From NCBI GenBank assembly GCA_963778655.1, contig CAVZVA010000003.1:832001-896000 (forward strand): a stretch of DNA of 64,000 nt, given 5' to 3'. How positions within the stretch are numbered: the first letter of the stretch is position 1; the number at the start of each line of letters is the position of its first letter. Below the pieces are notes generated by a model, which made no database searches, was not told the origin of the DNA, and saw only the letters and a program-made list of their open reading frames with translations. The position numbers and the translations under genes were made by a program. Source of the DNA: an uncultured delta proteobacterium. Its GTDB lineage: Bacteria; Myxococcota_A; Polyangia; Polyangiales; JAFGIB01. Positions 1 to 9,944 of this stretch are shown in pieces.

Positions 1-3000
1 GGAGGCGACCTCGGTGCCGATCTCGCGCAACGGGGGATACTGCACCTCGTTCAGCCGCGTCAGCCCCTCGCGCAACATCTGTGTCCAGTGGTTGAACACA
101 CGCAGCTCGAGCGCCTTGTGGTAGCCGCCCTCGTACGCCTCGAGCGCGCGCTCCTCGATCGGCACGATGAAGGCCGCCAGCTGATCGCGGTAGGCCTGCT
201 GCTGCTCGTCGTTCAAGCCCTCGGGCATGGGCGCACCGCGCAACGCTTCCGCGAACAGCTCGTAGCTGCGTCCGATCTTGTAGAGCGCGGCGGTCACCCA
301 TTCGGCCACGCGGAACTCGACCACCTCGCCGTAGATGCCGGCCGCCTTGCGCAACAGGTCGGACTTCTCTTGCAGGCGCTTGGGCAGCGAGCCGCGATCG
401 CCGCCGATGTTGATCCGCTCGAACTCTGCCAGCACCAGATCGCCCTGCATGAAGCGCGCCTGCGCCGCGAAGTAGCGCCCGCGGCCGAGCTGCGACGCGT
501 AGCGGTGCGCGGCCGCGGCAGCCTCCTTGAGCGCGCGCTCGGCCCCGCGTTGATCGTCCTTCTTGAGCAGCACCTGGGCCAGACGGGTGCTGGCCTCGAC
601 CCGGCGATCGGGGCTCTTGCCGCGCTGCGCATAGTCCCGATAGACCTGCGCGGCGGCGTCCCAGCGCTCCGCCGCCTCGCGGGCGCGGCCCACCATGAAC
701 AGCACCTCGTCGGTCGCCTCGTGGTGCGGGAACAGCTCGACGAAGCGCTTGCCATCGCGCGCAGTCTCGTCGTGGTCGCCGGCCGCGAGCCGCAGCACGA
801 CCGCGTTGTACAGTGCATCCGCGCGCTTCTCACCCTTGGGGAAGCGCTCGGCATAGGCCTCGTAGAAGCGCGCCGCGTCGCGGAACTGCGCGATCGACTC
901 GAACATCTGCGCCGCCGTCCAGGCCCCCAGCGCACCCTCGGACGAGCCCGGATACTGGTCGATCAGCACGCCATACGCATCGGCGGCTGCGTCGATCTTG
1001 CCCGCGAGCTGCCACTGCTCGCCGGCGTTGAAGTATGCCTTGGGAGCGCGCTCGTCCCTGGGGAACTCGCGCGCGGCCTTGAGGTAGGCCTCGGCCGCCT
1101 CGGCGTACCGCTTGCGGGCCGCGAGCATTTCGCCGGATTTGAACACCGACTGCAGGATCAACGCGTCCAGCTTGCGCTGCGCCTCCGGATTCTGGAACGC
1201 GGGCGCGCCCTTGAGCTTGCGTGCCCAGGTCTCGATGTTCTGGTAATCGTGCGCGCGGTTGAAGCTCTCGAGCACCAGCTCGCCGGCCGCGGCGGCGTAC
1301 TCGCTGTTGGGATAGCTGTCTAGCAGCTGCCCGAACTGGCGTACGGCCGGATCGTAGACGCCGCGCTCGAAGTACATGCGCCCCTGGCGGAACAGGATGC
1401 CCGGGACCTCGGGGTCGCTGGGATAGAGCTTGATGTAGAGCGCGATCGCTTCCGAGAAGTTGCGATCGGTCTCGGTCTCGCCGCACTCGGGCGGCAGCTG
1501 CTCCTGACCACTCTGCGGCTTGCACTTGTCGAGCTCGGCCACGCGCACGGTCTCGAACGAGACGATCGCGTTGTAGAGCGCGTCGTGCGTCAGCTCGCCG
1601 GTCGGCTTCAGACGCGCCGCTCGCAGGTAGGCCAGGCCGGCGTCATCGTAGCGCTTCAAGTGATGGAAGTAGATCTCGCCCAGATAGAAGCTGACCTCGT
1701 AGTTGAACACGGAGTCGGGGAACTGCTGCAGGTGCACCTGGTACAGCGCCGCGGCGTGCTCCAGGTCCTTCTGCTGCTTCTCCTTCTGGCCGCGCTGGTG
1801 ATAGCGCATGGCCTGCATGCGCACCGAGCGCTCCGCCAGCACCGCCGCGTGCTCCGCGGTCTCGGGATCGGGTTGGCGCTGCGCCCACGCGCTGCCGGGC
1901 TTGTAACTCTGCGCCAGCTGCGTCAGCGCCTGGATCGTGCCGTCGGCGTCGTCGACTGCGGCATACGCGGCCGCGATCTGGCTCTGGTATTCCGGGGCCT
2001 GCGGCGAATCGGGCTCGCTCTCCAGCAGCATGGCGTAGGCCTGCTGGGCGCGCTCGTAGCGCGCCTGGTCGAAAAACGCGCGGCTCAGCCGTCGCAGGAC
2101 CTTGGTCGCGTAGCGCTCGCCGCCGATCTGACTCAAGAAGCCGTGCAGATCGGCCGCGGTGTTGCTCTCGTCCTCGGTGAACACCTGGATCAGGTACTCG
2201 AGCGCCTCGTCCTGCAGCTCGAGCAGCCTGCGCCTGCGCTCCCCGGTGACGTTGCGCAGGCGCCCGCTGAGGTCGAGCACCTCGCGAAAACGCGTGGCGG
2301 CAGCGGTGGTGCGCCCGAGCTTCCACAGACACCACGCGCTCTTGAACAGCGCCAGGTCCGACAGCTCGCTCTCCTTGTGCTTGAGCACCTCCTCGTACTC
2401 CGCGAGCGCCGCCGCGTAGTCGAAGGAACCGGCAAAGTGCCACTCGGCGAACGCCATGTGCGCATCGGGCAGAAAGCGGCTCTGTGGAAACTCGTCGATG
2501 ATGCGGCGGTAGGCGAACAGCGCCTCGCGCGTGCGGCCGGCCTCGACCAGCGCGTAGGCCTTGACGTACAGCACCAGATCGTAGCGATCGAAGTCGCGGT
2601 GCTTCTCCAGGATGCGATCGTAGAGCGAAAGCGGCAGCTCGATGTCGGGCGCAGGCGGGGTCTTGCTGCGGTTCGGCGGCGGCGTGTGCTGCCAGGCATC
2701 GTAGGCCGCCAGGTAGCGCACGCGCGCCTGCTCCCAGCGCAGCTCCGCCAGGCGCAGCAGCGCGTCCGCCATGTACGGCGACTGCTCGCTCTCACCGGCG
2801 ATGAAGCGCTCGAGCTGCGCGATCGCCTGCTCGCGCCGCACCACCACCAGCTTCTCGCGCTCCTGCAGCATACGCTCGAGCAGCGCGGCCTCGCGCCGCT
2901 TGCGCGCGTCGGCGTGCCCCGGCGGCCGATCGCTCATGAAGATGCGGCCCTCGAGGTCCTCGGGCGCCGGCAGCGAAAGCGGCCGGCTCGTGCTCTGCGG

Positions 3001-3141
3001 CTCCGCCGCGACGCTGCGCTCGCGCACCGAGCGCTGGCCGGGCGCGGCGCTCGGTGCGGCGCCCGCACCGGCTGCGGGCGGCGCTTCGGCACGCGCGGTC
3101 GCGCACAGCCCGAGCAAGAGCGCGCAGGCGATGAATCTCAC
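1..3141 (-). CDS. Large TPR protein, GltD/AgmU/NfsD-like (3' end runs off the window)
   Basis: Not in the ORF track because it has no stop in the window. GTG at 3141 overlaps the upstream stop (GTGA). Signal peptide VRFIACALLLGLCATARA, tandem TPRs (ALFKSAWCLWKLG), and a C-terminal PIEERALEAYEGGYHKALELRVFNHWT resembling GltD-family ends. Confidence 0.75.
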   Translation of the reverse strand, partial: MRFIACALLLGLCATARAEAPPAAGAGAAPSAAPGQRSVRERSVAAEPQSTSRPLSLPAPEDLEGRIFMSDRPPGHADARKRREAALLERMLQEREKLVVVRREQAIAQLERFIAGESEQSPYMADALLRLAELRWEQARVRYLAAYDAWQHTPPPNRSKTPPAPDIELPLSLYDRILEKHRDFDRYDLVLYVKAYALVEAGRTREALFAYRRIIDEFPQSRFLPDAHMAFAEWHFAGSFDYAAALAEYEEVLKHKESELSDLALFKSAWCLWKLGRTTAAATRFREVLDLSGRLRNVTGERRRRLLELQDEALEYLIQVFTEDESNTAADLHGFLSQIGGERYATKVLRRLSRAFFDQARYERAQQAYAMLLESEPDSPQAPEYQSQIAAAYAAVDDADGTIQALTQLAQSYKPGSAWAQRQPDPETAEHAAVLAERSVRMQAMRYHQRGQKEKQQKDLEHAAALYQVHLQQFPDSVFNYEVSFYLGEIYFHHLKRYDDAGLAYLRAARLKPTGELTHDALYNAIVSFETVRVAELDKCKPQSGQEQLPPECGETETDRNFSEAIALYIKLYPSDPEVPGILFRQGRMYFERGVYDPAVRQFGQLLDSYPNSEYAAAAGELVLESFNRAHDYQNIETWARKLKGAPAFQNPEAQRKLDALILQSVFKSGEMLAARKRYAEAAEAYLKAAREFPRDERAPKAYFNAGEQWQLAGKIDAAADAYGVLIDQYPGSSEGALGAWTAAQMFESIAQFRDAARFYEAYAERFPKGEKRADALYNAVVLRLAAGDHDETARDGKRFVELFPHHEATDEVLFMVGRAREAAERWDAAAQVYRDYAQRGKSPDRRVEASTRLAQVLLKKDDQRGAERALKEAAAAAHRYASQLGRGRYFAAQARFMQGDLVLAEFERINIGGDRGSLPKRLQEKSDLLRKAAGIYGEVVEFRVAEWVTAALYKIGRSYELFAEALRGAPMPEGLNDEQQQAYRDQLAAFIVPIEERALEAYEGGYHKALELRVFNHWTQMLREGLTRLNEVQYPPLREIGTEVAS

Positions 3142-5213
3142 CGCGCCGCTCCCGGCGCCGCCGCCGCGCCGCCCCCGGCGCGCAGCGAGCCGCGTGCGGA
3201 GGACGGCGAGCGGTCCACGGCCGCGCCGGCGGGCTTGGGCTTGGCCTGCTTGCCGTAGCGCTCCCGGTATTCGTCGGGCCAGTCCTCGCCCTCGAACGGC
3301 CAGTACTCCTCATCGTCGTTGAGCAGCCCCTGCACGGCCAAGGGATCGTGCAGCTCCGCCGGAAAGCGCCCGGCGGCCAGGCTCTCGATCTGCTGCTCGA
3401 TGCGGCGCTTGCTGCCCATCACCGCATCGATACGGCCGATGCGCGCGCGCCGCACCATGCCGTCGAGCCGCACGCGCAGCTCCCGCAGCGCCTGCTCGGC
3501 GCGCCGGCTGGCGGCAAGCGCGAGCCGCGCGCGCACCTCGGCGCTGCGCCGCGGCAGCGCGCGCGCGAACGCGGCGTCGCTGGCGAGCAGCACGGCCAGG
3601 CCGGGCCCGGACGCCGCCGTGTCCTGGGCGGCCGGGCCGCGCGGCAGCAGGCTGCGCGCGCGCTCCTGCAGCGCCTGCACCCGCTGCGCCAGAACCGCCA
3701 GCTCTTGCTCGCGCGCCTTGACCTGGCCCGCAGGCGCGCCGGCCGCGCGCAGCGCGTCGAGCTGCTCGCCCAGCCCCCGCACGCTGGCCACCGCCAGTCC
3801 CAGATCGCGCTCGAGCCCGTCGCGCTCCGCGTCCCGTGGCTCCGGCGCCGCCGTGTGCGGACGATCGCCGCCCTGCAGCCGCACCAGCAGCGCCGAGAAC
3901 GCGTCGGCCAGGCGCCCGTCGCGCGCAGCCTCGGCATCGAGATCGCGCAGGTCCGCCTGCAAGCGATAAAACTCCGGATCGACCCGCAGCAGCGCGAGCA
4001 GGGTGCGGCGCGCGGCATCGCGCGGCCGCTTGCCCGCCTTGGCCGCCACCAGCTCGGCGTAAAGGTCGTCGCGACGCACCGGGTTCTGCAGCAGCCGGCC
4101 GATCTCCGCGACCAGCGGCTCGAAATGGCGCCCGAACGCGCTGAAGTGGCGGTCGGCCTGCTCGAAGTCGCAGCGCGCCAGCGAGACGTAGCCGCGCAGA
4201 ATCCCGGCCTCGTCCACGAACGGCGAGTCGGGAAAGCGATGCTCGAGCTGGTCGAGCAGATCGAGCGCGGTGTCGTTGTCCTTGGCCTCGTAGCTCGAGT
4301 ACGCCGCCTCGAACAGCGCCTGCGCTAGCCGCGGCGAATCCTGCGGCACCTGGAAGTAGTAGTAGAACGCGTCGTCGCCGCGCCCCTGCTCGTGCGCGGT
4401 ACGCCCGAGCGCCAGTCGCGCCAGATCCTGCACCGCGAAGAAGCGATCGTCGACGTAGAAGCTGTAGTGATCCTCCACGCCCTGCGTGGCCACCGCGCAG
4501 AAGCGCTGCTCGGCACGGTGATAGCGCTTGGCACGCGCGGCGATCACGCCGAGGAAATACTGCGCGTTGGCGTAGAAGCGGCTGCGCTTGTCGATCCGCT
4601 CGAAGAAGGTCGCCGCCTCGGCCGTCTTGCCCGCGTCGTAGCGGCCGCGCGCGCGCAGGTAGTCGAGCTCGCCGCGCGCGTCAGGCGTCATCGCCGCCTC
4701 GCGCTTGGCAAGCCATTGCTCAGCGGCCTGCAGGTCGCCCAGGCGCAGCGCCACGTCGACGTAGGCCCGCACCGACGGGCCGTAGTAGGCGCTCCTGGGG
4801 CCGCGATCGACTGCACGCTCCAGGTACACGCGCGCGGTCTCGAGCGCGCCCAACCGCAGCAGCGCCGAGCCGGCCATGTGCTCGGCGGCGGCGTACTCCT
4901 CGAAGTCATGGAACGCGGCGAAGCGCGGGCTCTCCACCGCCTCGAGCAGCAGGATCGCCGCCTGATCGTAATTGCCGTCGACGTATAGGCGCTCGGCCTG
5001 CGCGAGCAGCGCGCGTAGCTGAGCCACGGTGGAGGTCTGCGCCGGTGCGAGCCGCGCTTGTCCGAGCGCCTGCAGGTAATGCGCAAGGGTGGGCCGCGCC
5101 TGGCCCGGCTGCGCGCCCGGCGCCGGCTGCGGCGCGCCCGCGTCCGCGCGGACCTGCGCCTGCAGACACAGCGCGCTCAGGGCACACGCGATCGCTAGCG
5201 AGGCCCGCCCCAT
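3138..5213 (-). CDS. Secreted TPR protein, GltC/NfsC-like
   Basis: Signal peptide, TPRs, coiled region and C-terminal DDEEYWPFEGEDWPDEY resembling the GltC-family WPFxGExWxDE tail. Confidence 0.7.
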   Translation of the reverse strand: MGRASLAIACALSALCLQAQVRADAGAPQPAPGAQPGQARPTLAHYLQALGQARLAPAQTSTVAQLRALLAQAERLYVDGNYDQAAILLLEAVESPRFAAFHDFEEYAAAEHMAGSALLRLGALETARVYLERAVDRGPRSAYYGPSVRAYVDVALRLGDLQAAEQWLAKREAAMTPDARGELDYLRARGRYDAGKTAEAATFFERIDKRSRFYANAQYFLGVIAARAKRYHRAEQRFCAVATQGVEDHYSFYVDDRFFAVQDLARLALGRTAHEQGRGDDAFYYYFQVPQDSPRLAQALFEAAYSSYEAKDNDTALDLLDQLEHRFPDSPFVDEAGILRGYVSLARCDFEQADRHFSAFGRHFEPLVAEIGRLLQNPVRRDDLYAELVAAKAGKRPRDAARRTLLALLRVDPEFYRLQADLRDLDAEAARDGRLADAFSALLVRLQGGDRPHTAAPEPRDAERDGLERDLGLAVASVRGLGEQLDALRAAGAPAGQVKAREQELAVLAQRVQALQERARSLLPRGPAAQDTAASGPGLAVLLASDAAFARALPRRSAEVRARLALAASRRAEQALRELRVRLDGMVRRARIGRIDAVMGSKRRIEQQIESLAAGRFPAELHDPLAVQGLLNDDEEYWPFEGEDWPDEYRERYGKQAKPKPAGAAVDRSPSSARGSLRAGGGAAAAPGAAR

Positions 5214-5214
5214 C

Positions 5215-6024
5215 TCACTCCTCGTTCAGGTCGACCGCCCGCACCTGCAGCCGGCTGCGCACGTCGTACTCGCCCTCGTGGTCGCTGGGAAAGTCGTCGG
5301 CCATGTCCGAGTCATCGTCGAGCACCAGCCGCAAGTCGGTGCGCTTCTCGCGTACCACGACGAAGCGGTAGCTCTCGTGCAGGGTGTAGCGATAGGTGTC
5401 GTCGCCGCGTGCGCGTTGCTCTACCTCCAGCGTGAGCAGGTGCGGCCCGGGCGCGGCGAAGCCGTCGAACAAGGCGCGGTCGGGGTCGCGCAGCGTGGTG
5501 CCGTCGCCGCTCCAGATCGGGGCGCCGTCGAGCCACAGCTCGATGCGCGCGGCCACCTGCTCGGGCGCTGCGCGGTCGTCGATCTTCACGCGCACGCGCG
5601 TCTTGAACAGCGCCTTGCCCAGCACCGCGACGCGTGCCCGTGCCTGCACCAGGTCGTCCATCACGTGGGCCAAGTCCTGCCGCATGCTCGCGACCTCGGT
5701 GTCGTCGCCGGCGGGCGCGGCCGGCTGCGGCGCGGGCGCGCTGGATGCGGGCGCCTGCACGGGTGCGGGCGGGGGCGCAGGCGCGGACGCCTCCACGGCG
5801 GGCGGCGGCTCAGCGGGCTGCGCCGCCGCGTCCTGGGCCGGGACCCCCGCGGGAGTCGCGGCGGGCTCGGCGCCCGCGCCCGCGGCGGGCTCGGCAGCCG
5901 GCGCCGTCTTGTGCGCAGCCTTCGCGCGATGGCGCGCTTGCGCGCGCGCGTCGGCCCCGAGCGCAGCCATCACCAGCAGGCTGCAACCCAGCGAGCCCAA
6001 CCATAGCGAGACACGCCCTGTCAT
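5215..6024 (-). CDS. Secreted hypothetical protein (Pro/Ala linker, short coiled coil, beta-rich C-terminal domain)
   Basis: 269-aa ORF with signal peptide, GAGG RBS, tight spacing with both neighbours. Confidence 0.8.
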   Translation of the reverse strand: MTGRVSLWLGSLGCSLLVMAALGADARAQARHRAKAAHKTAPAAEPAAGAGAEPAATPAGVPAQDAAAQPAEPPPAVEASAPAPPPAPVQAPASSAPAPQPAAPAGDDTEVASMRQDLAHVMDDLVQARARVAVLGKALFKTRVRVKIDDRAAPEQVAARIELWLDGAPIWSGDGTTLRDPDRALFDGFAAPGPHLLTLEVEQRARGDDTYRYTLHESYRFVVVREKRTDLRLVLDDDSDMADDFPSDHEGEYDVRSRLQVRAVDLNEE

Positions 6025-6034
6025 CGTCGACCTC

Positions 6035-6745
6035 TCATGCTTGCAACGGCAGGAAGACGGAGAAGCCCAGCGTGGCGGCCAGGTTGTTGACGATTCTCGA
6101 TACGCCCAGCAGCTCCTGGCTCAACACCTGATCGCGCATGTCGAGGCGCAGCGCGAACCACGAGCCAAAGAAGAACTTGAGCCCGAAGCCGCCGCTGATC
6201 GTCAGCCCCTTGGCGGTCTGGTTGTCGGTCACCCCACCGCCGAGCGCCGCGTAGAAATCGAAGCGCGAAATACTGCCCGAGAACCAGCGCAGCTTGCCGT
6301 AAGCCAGCGACCACAGCAGGTGGCCTTGGTAGATGTAGACGGGGCGGTTCAGACGCAGCGCGGTGAAGCTGGTGTCCTGCTCGACGATCTTGACCAGATC
6401 GGATTGGGCCCGCGTGTACGCGAAGCTCGCCTCGAGCCCCAGATCCTCGGTGACGTGGAAGGTGTAGGCGCCCTGCAGCAGGTACGAGGACGACAGCAGA
6501 TCGGCGGCATACAGCCCGCCCATCGCGGACAGCTCGTGACGGCCAGCCTTGAGGAACAGGCGCTTCTGCACGCCGCGGTAGCGGCGGCGTGCGTTGAGCT
6601 CATCGCGGATCGCCTCGTCGATGCACTGCGCCTTGGCCGTGTGCACGGCCTGCAACAGCGGCGCCAGCAGGACGAGCAACAAACAGAAGCGAAGGCCGCG
6701 GGTGCGGCGAACACAGTCGTTGTTGTGCATGGGATTGCTGCCCAT
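6035..6745 (-). CDS. Myxobacterial outer-membrane beta-barrel protein (GltA/GltB/GltH-like)
   Basis: VQKRLFLKAGRHELS motif, alternating beta strands, C-terminal GFSVFLP. Start uncertain (6745 or 6730). Confidence 0.75.
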   Translation of the reverse strand: MGSNPMHNNDCVRRTRGLRFCLLLVLLAPLLQAVHTAKAQCIDEAIRDELNARRRYRGVQKRLFLKAGRHELSAMGGLYAADLLSSSYLLQGAYTFHVTEDLGLEASFAYTRAQSDLVKIVEQDTSFTALRLNRPVYIYQGHLLWSLAYGKLRWFSGSISRFDFYAALGGGVTDNQTAKGLTISGGFGLKFFFGSWFALRLDMRDQVLSQELLGVSRIVNNLAATLGFSVFLPLQA

Positions 6746-6922
6746 CGGACACGATCGTAACCGTTCACGAGGCGCAAAGGCTTCATGAATGGGACCAAGG
6801 CTGAGCGAAGCGAACCTCACGGTGAGGTGGGCAGAGAGCGTGCGCTCCCCGGTCAGCGGTGCATGCGATCTGGCAATGGGTGGGAATCGGGTCGAGTTCA
6901 GCCAACGACGCGCTCCGCGTCA

Positions 6923-7831
6923 CTAGACCTGGTAGCGCTCGCCAGTGTCGCACAGGATGGTAACAACTCGCTGCTCGGGATGCATGCGTCTGGCGACCTG
7001 CACGGCGGCGTGCACGTTCGCACCCGATGAAGGCCCGACGTACAGCCCTTCCTCACGCGCCAGACGCGCCGTCATCCGTTCAGCCTCGGTGTCGGACACG
7101 GTGAGCACCCGGTCGATCTGCGAGGTATCGAGTACTTTGGGTACGAACCCGGCCCCGAGCCCCTGAATCGCGTGCAGCCCCGGCTTGCCGCCGCTGAGCA
7201 CAGCGCTCGACTTCGGCTCCACCGCGACCACCTGCAGCGCGAGCCCGCGGCTGCGCAGTCCGCGGGCGACTCCGGTCAGCGTGCCACCTGTCCCTACACC
7301 AGCGACGAACGCGTCCAAGTTGCCCGAGGTGGCCTCCCAGATCTCGACCGCGGTGGTCTGCTCGTGCGCCGCAGGGTTGCTCGGGTTGTCGAACTGCCTT
7401 GGCATGAACGCGCCTTCGGTGCGTTGCACGATGCGCTCGGCTTCCTCGACTGCGCCCCGCATTCCCGTCTGTGCCGGCGTGAGCACCAGCTCGGCGCCGT
7501 ACGCGCGCAGGATCGACTGCCGCGCGGTCGACATGTCTTCAGGCATCACCAGCAGGCAGCGATATCCGCGCGCGACCGCCAGCATCGCCAGGCTGATGCC
7601 GGTGTTGCCGCTGGTCGCCTCCACGATGGTCGAGCCGCTGCGCAGCAGCCCGCTGCGCTCGGCGTCCGCGATCATCGCGCGCGCGGGTCGATCCTTGACG
7701 CTGCCCGACGGATTCTTGGCCTCCAGCTTGGCGAGCACCTGCGCCCCGCCCGGCTCCACCACCGCGCGCAGCCGCACCAGCGGGGTATTGCCCACCAGCT
7801 CCCAAACCGTATCGAGCACACCCGTGGCCAT
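6923..7831 (-). CDS. cysK: Cysteine synthase A
   Basis: VGNTPLV, KLEAKNPSGSVKDR (PLP lysine), EATSGNTG, GVGTGGT, IQGLGAGF. Confidence 0.95.
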   Translation of the reverse strand: MATGVLDTVWELVGNTPLVRLRAVVEPGGAQVLAKLEAKNPSGSVKDRPARAMIADAERSGLLRSGSTIVEATSGNTGISLAMLAVARGYRCLLVMPEDMSTARQSILRAYGAELVLTPAQTGMRGAVEEAERIVQRTEGAFMPRQFDNPSNPAAHEQTTAVEIWEATSGNLDAFVAGVGTGGTLTGVARGLRSRGLALQVVAVEPKSSAVLSGGKPGLHAIQGLGAGFVPKVLDTSQIDRVLTVSDTEAERMTARLAREEGLYVGPSSGANVHAAVQVARRMHPEQRVVTILCDTGERYQV

Positions 7832-7936
7832 GCGCCGGCCACCCTACTACCGCCCCCGCCCGACGCCAACCAGCCCTCCCCACCCTTTCGGGGCGTAGTC
7901 GTGTACGTGCTCGCAGCCGCGGACGATCCCAAGATC

Positions 7937-8006
7937 ACAGGAAGGCGGGAAGACGGGAAGGCTCGTCGTTTCACCCTACGCTCTTCCCGTCTTCCCGCCT
8001 TCCTGT
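7937..8006. repeat. Palindromic repeat family A, copy 1 (perfect 24-bp arms)
   Basis: ACAGGAAGGCGGGAAGACGGGAAG (7937-7960) and its exact reverse complement (7983-8006). Confidence 0.9.
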
Positions 8007-8021
8007 TGCGTCTGCATCCAC

Positions 8022-9944
8022 TCAATACGCCAGCATCTCGCCGGACATGCGATACACGCCTGCTTCGCGGAAGATGCGCACCAGCTCGGCGTCGAGGTTG
8101 CCGTCCTTGACCTCGAACTGCAGGATCTGCAGCGCACGCTCGCTGGCCAGCGCGCGCTTGTACGGACGATCGGAGGCTGTGAGCGCATCGTAGATGTCGG
8201 CCACCGTCATGATCTTCGACTGCAGCGGGATCTCCGCGTCCCCGACGCCGCGCGGATAGCCCGTGCCGTTGAGCTTCTCATGGTGCGCGCGCGCGATCTC
8301 CGGCACCCGCCGCATCGACTTGCCCCAGGGGATCTTGGTCAGGAAGTTGTAGGTGTGCACGACGTGCGAGCGGATCTCCTCGACCTCGGTCGGGCTGAGC
8401 GAGCCGCGCGTGATCTTGAGCGCGACCACCTCGGTCTCCGACAGCAATCGGCGCGGCTCGCCCGCGGCGTCGGGATAGGTGATGGCGGCGATCTCGGCGA
8501 TGCGCGAGAAGTCGCCCTCGCTCAGCACACTGGGCTCGTTGGCGCGCTCCACCAGCTCCCAGGCCTCGAGCAGGCGCGTGCGGTACTGCTTGTACTGCAG
8601 ATCGGCCCGGTCGAAGTCGCTCTGGCCGGCGCCCTGAGCGATCAGCTCGAGCCGCGCGCGCAGGGCCTCGGCCTCGGCGGTGCGCAGCGCGTAGTCGACG
8701 CGCGCGCGGATCGCCTCGCGCTCGTGGGGATAGAGCTTCTTGGCCTTGACCAGCACCTGCTCGCGCACCCCGATCTTGCCGAAATCGTGCAACAGCGAGG
8801 CGTACTTCAGCTCCTGCAGATCGCGACGGCTGAAGCGTGCGCCAGCAAACGGCCCCTGGTCCACGCGGTCGAGCGTCTCCGCCAGCCTGCACGAGAGCAC
8901 GCTCACGCGCTGCGAGTGCCCGCTGGTGGTCGGATCGCGCTGCTCGATCGCCTGCACGCTGGCGCGCACGAAGCCTTCGAAGATGGTGCGGATTTCGCCA
9001 TATAGCAGCGCGTTCTCGAGCGCGATGCCGGCCTGCGCGGCCAGCGCCAGTGACAGCTCCTCGCTGCGTGCGTCGAACGCGATCGCCTCGCGCTCGAAGT
9101 CCTCGGGCGCGTGCAGCTTGGCGCGCGGATTGCGCTTCTTGTTGATCAGCTGGATCACCCCGATCACCTCGTCCTCGGCCGAGATCATCGGCACCGCCAG
9201 CATCGACGCCGTGCGGTAGCCCATGCGCTGGTCGAAGCTGCGGTCGAAACCGTACGGCACGCCCGCGCCCAGCTCGTAGACGTCCGCGATGTTGATCGGC
9301 TGGCGCGTCACCACCGCCGCGCCCGCGATCGAGCTCTTGGACACCGGCATCTCGAAGCTGCGCGCCTCGTAGCTCATCGAATCGTTCTGCGAAAGCTTGA
9401 ACAGCAGGCGCCGGCCGCCGGGATCTCCGGGCTCGCCCTCGATCACGTAGATGCTGCCGGCGTCGGCGCCGGTCACGTAGCGACTCTTCTCCAGGATCAG
9501 CCCGAGCAGGCGCTCGATGTCGCGCTCGCGCGAAATGGCGCGCGCGATCTCGACCAGCTCGCCGCGCTCGTAACGGTAGCGCGCGAGCTGCTCGATACGG
9601 TCGATCGCGTGGCGACGTAGCTCCGTGCGCTCGAGCAATCCGTGCGCGGTCAGACACAGCGCCTGCGGCGCGGCGTCCGCGGGCAGCAAGGCGACCGGCG
9701 CATGGTCGAGCGGCACCAGCAGCAACCACGGCGGCGGCTCTCCGATCAGCAACAGCGCCACATCGCCCTGCGCCAGTAGGTCCGGGAGCGCGGCGGGCTC
9801 GGTCACCGCGTCGCAGGCGCGCAGCAGCAGCCGCGCGGTGCCACGGCTGAGCTCGAGCTCGTCCCGGTCGACGCGGAGCTCGGCGCCTCGAAACAGCGGC
9901 GACCCGCTCAGCGCATCGGCCCAGGCGTCGGCCGCAGTCGTCAA
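8022..9944 (-). CDS. GAF + HD-GYP phosphohydrolase
   Basis: GAF region, TSGHSQRV, LLHDFGK, HHEKLNGTGYP, ADIYDALT..RPYK. TTG start overlaps the phoH stop. Confidence 0.9.
   Translation of the reverse strand: MTTAADAWADALSGSPLFRGAELRVDRDELELSRGTARLLLRACDAVTEPAALPDLLAQGDVALLLIGEPPPWLLLVPLDHAPVALLPADAAPQALCLTAHGLLERTELRRHAIDRIEQLARYRYERGELVEIARAISRERDIERLLGLILEKSRYVTGADAGSIYVIEGEPGDPGGRRLLFKLSQNDSMSYEARSFEMPVSKSSIAGAAVVTRQPINIADVYELGAGVPYGFDRSFDQRMGYRTASMLAVPMISAEDEVIGVIQLINKKRNPRAKLHAPEDFEREAIAFDARSEELSLALAAQAGIALENALLYGEIRTIFEGFVRASVQAIEQRDPTTSGHSQRVSVLSCRLAETLDRVDQGPFAGARFSRRDLQELKYASLLHDFGKIGVREQVLVKAKKLYPHEREAIRARVDYALRTAEAEALRARLELIAQGAGQSDFDRADLQYKQYRTRLLEAWELVERANEPSVLSEGDFSRIAEIAAITYPDAAGEPRRLLSETEVVALKITRGSLSPTEVEEIRSHVVHTYNFLTKIPWGKSMRRVPEIARAHHEKLNGTGYPRGVGDAEIPLQSKIMTVADIYDALTASDRPYKRALASERALQILQFEVKDGNLDAELVRIFREAGVYRMSGEMLAY

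Noticed and set aside
88..3258. Long plus-strand ORFs (88-1323, 1585-3258)
   Set aside because: Antisense shadows of the minus-strand GltD-like gene in GC-rich DNA; no motifs.
7937..8006. Family A palindromes as CRISPR repeats or simple terminators
   Set aside because: Dispersed rather than arrayed, no spacers or cas genes, no consistent U-tract.
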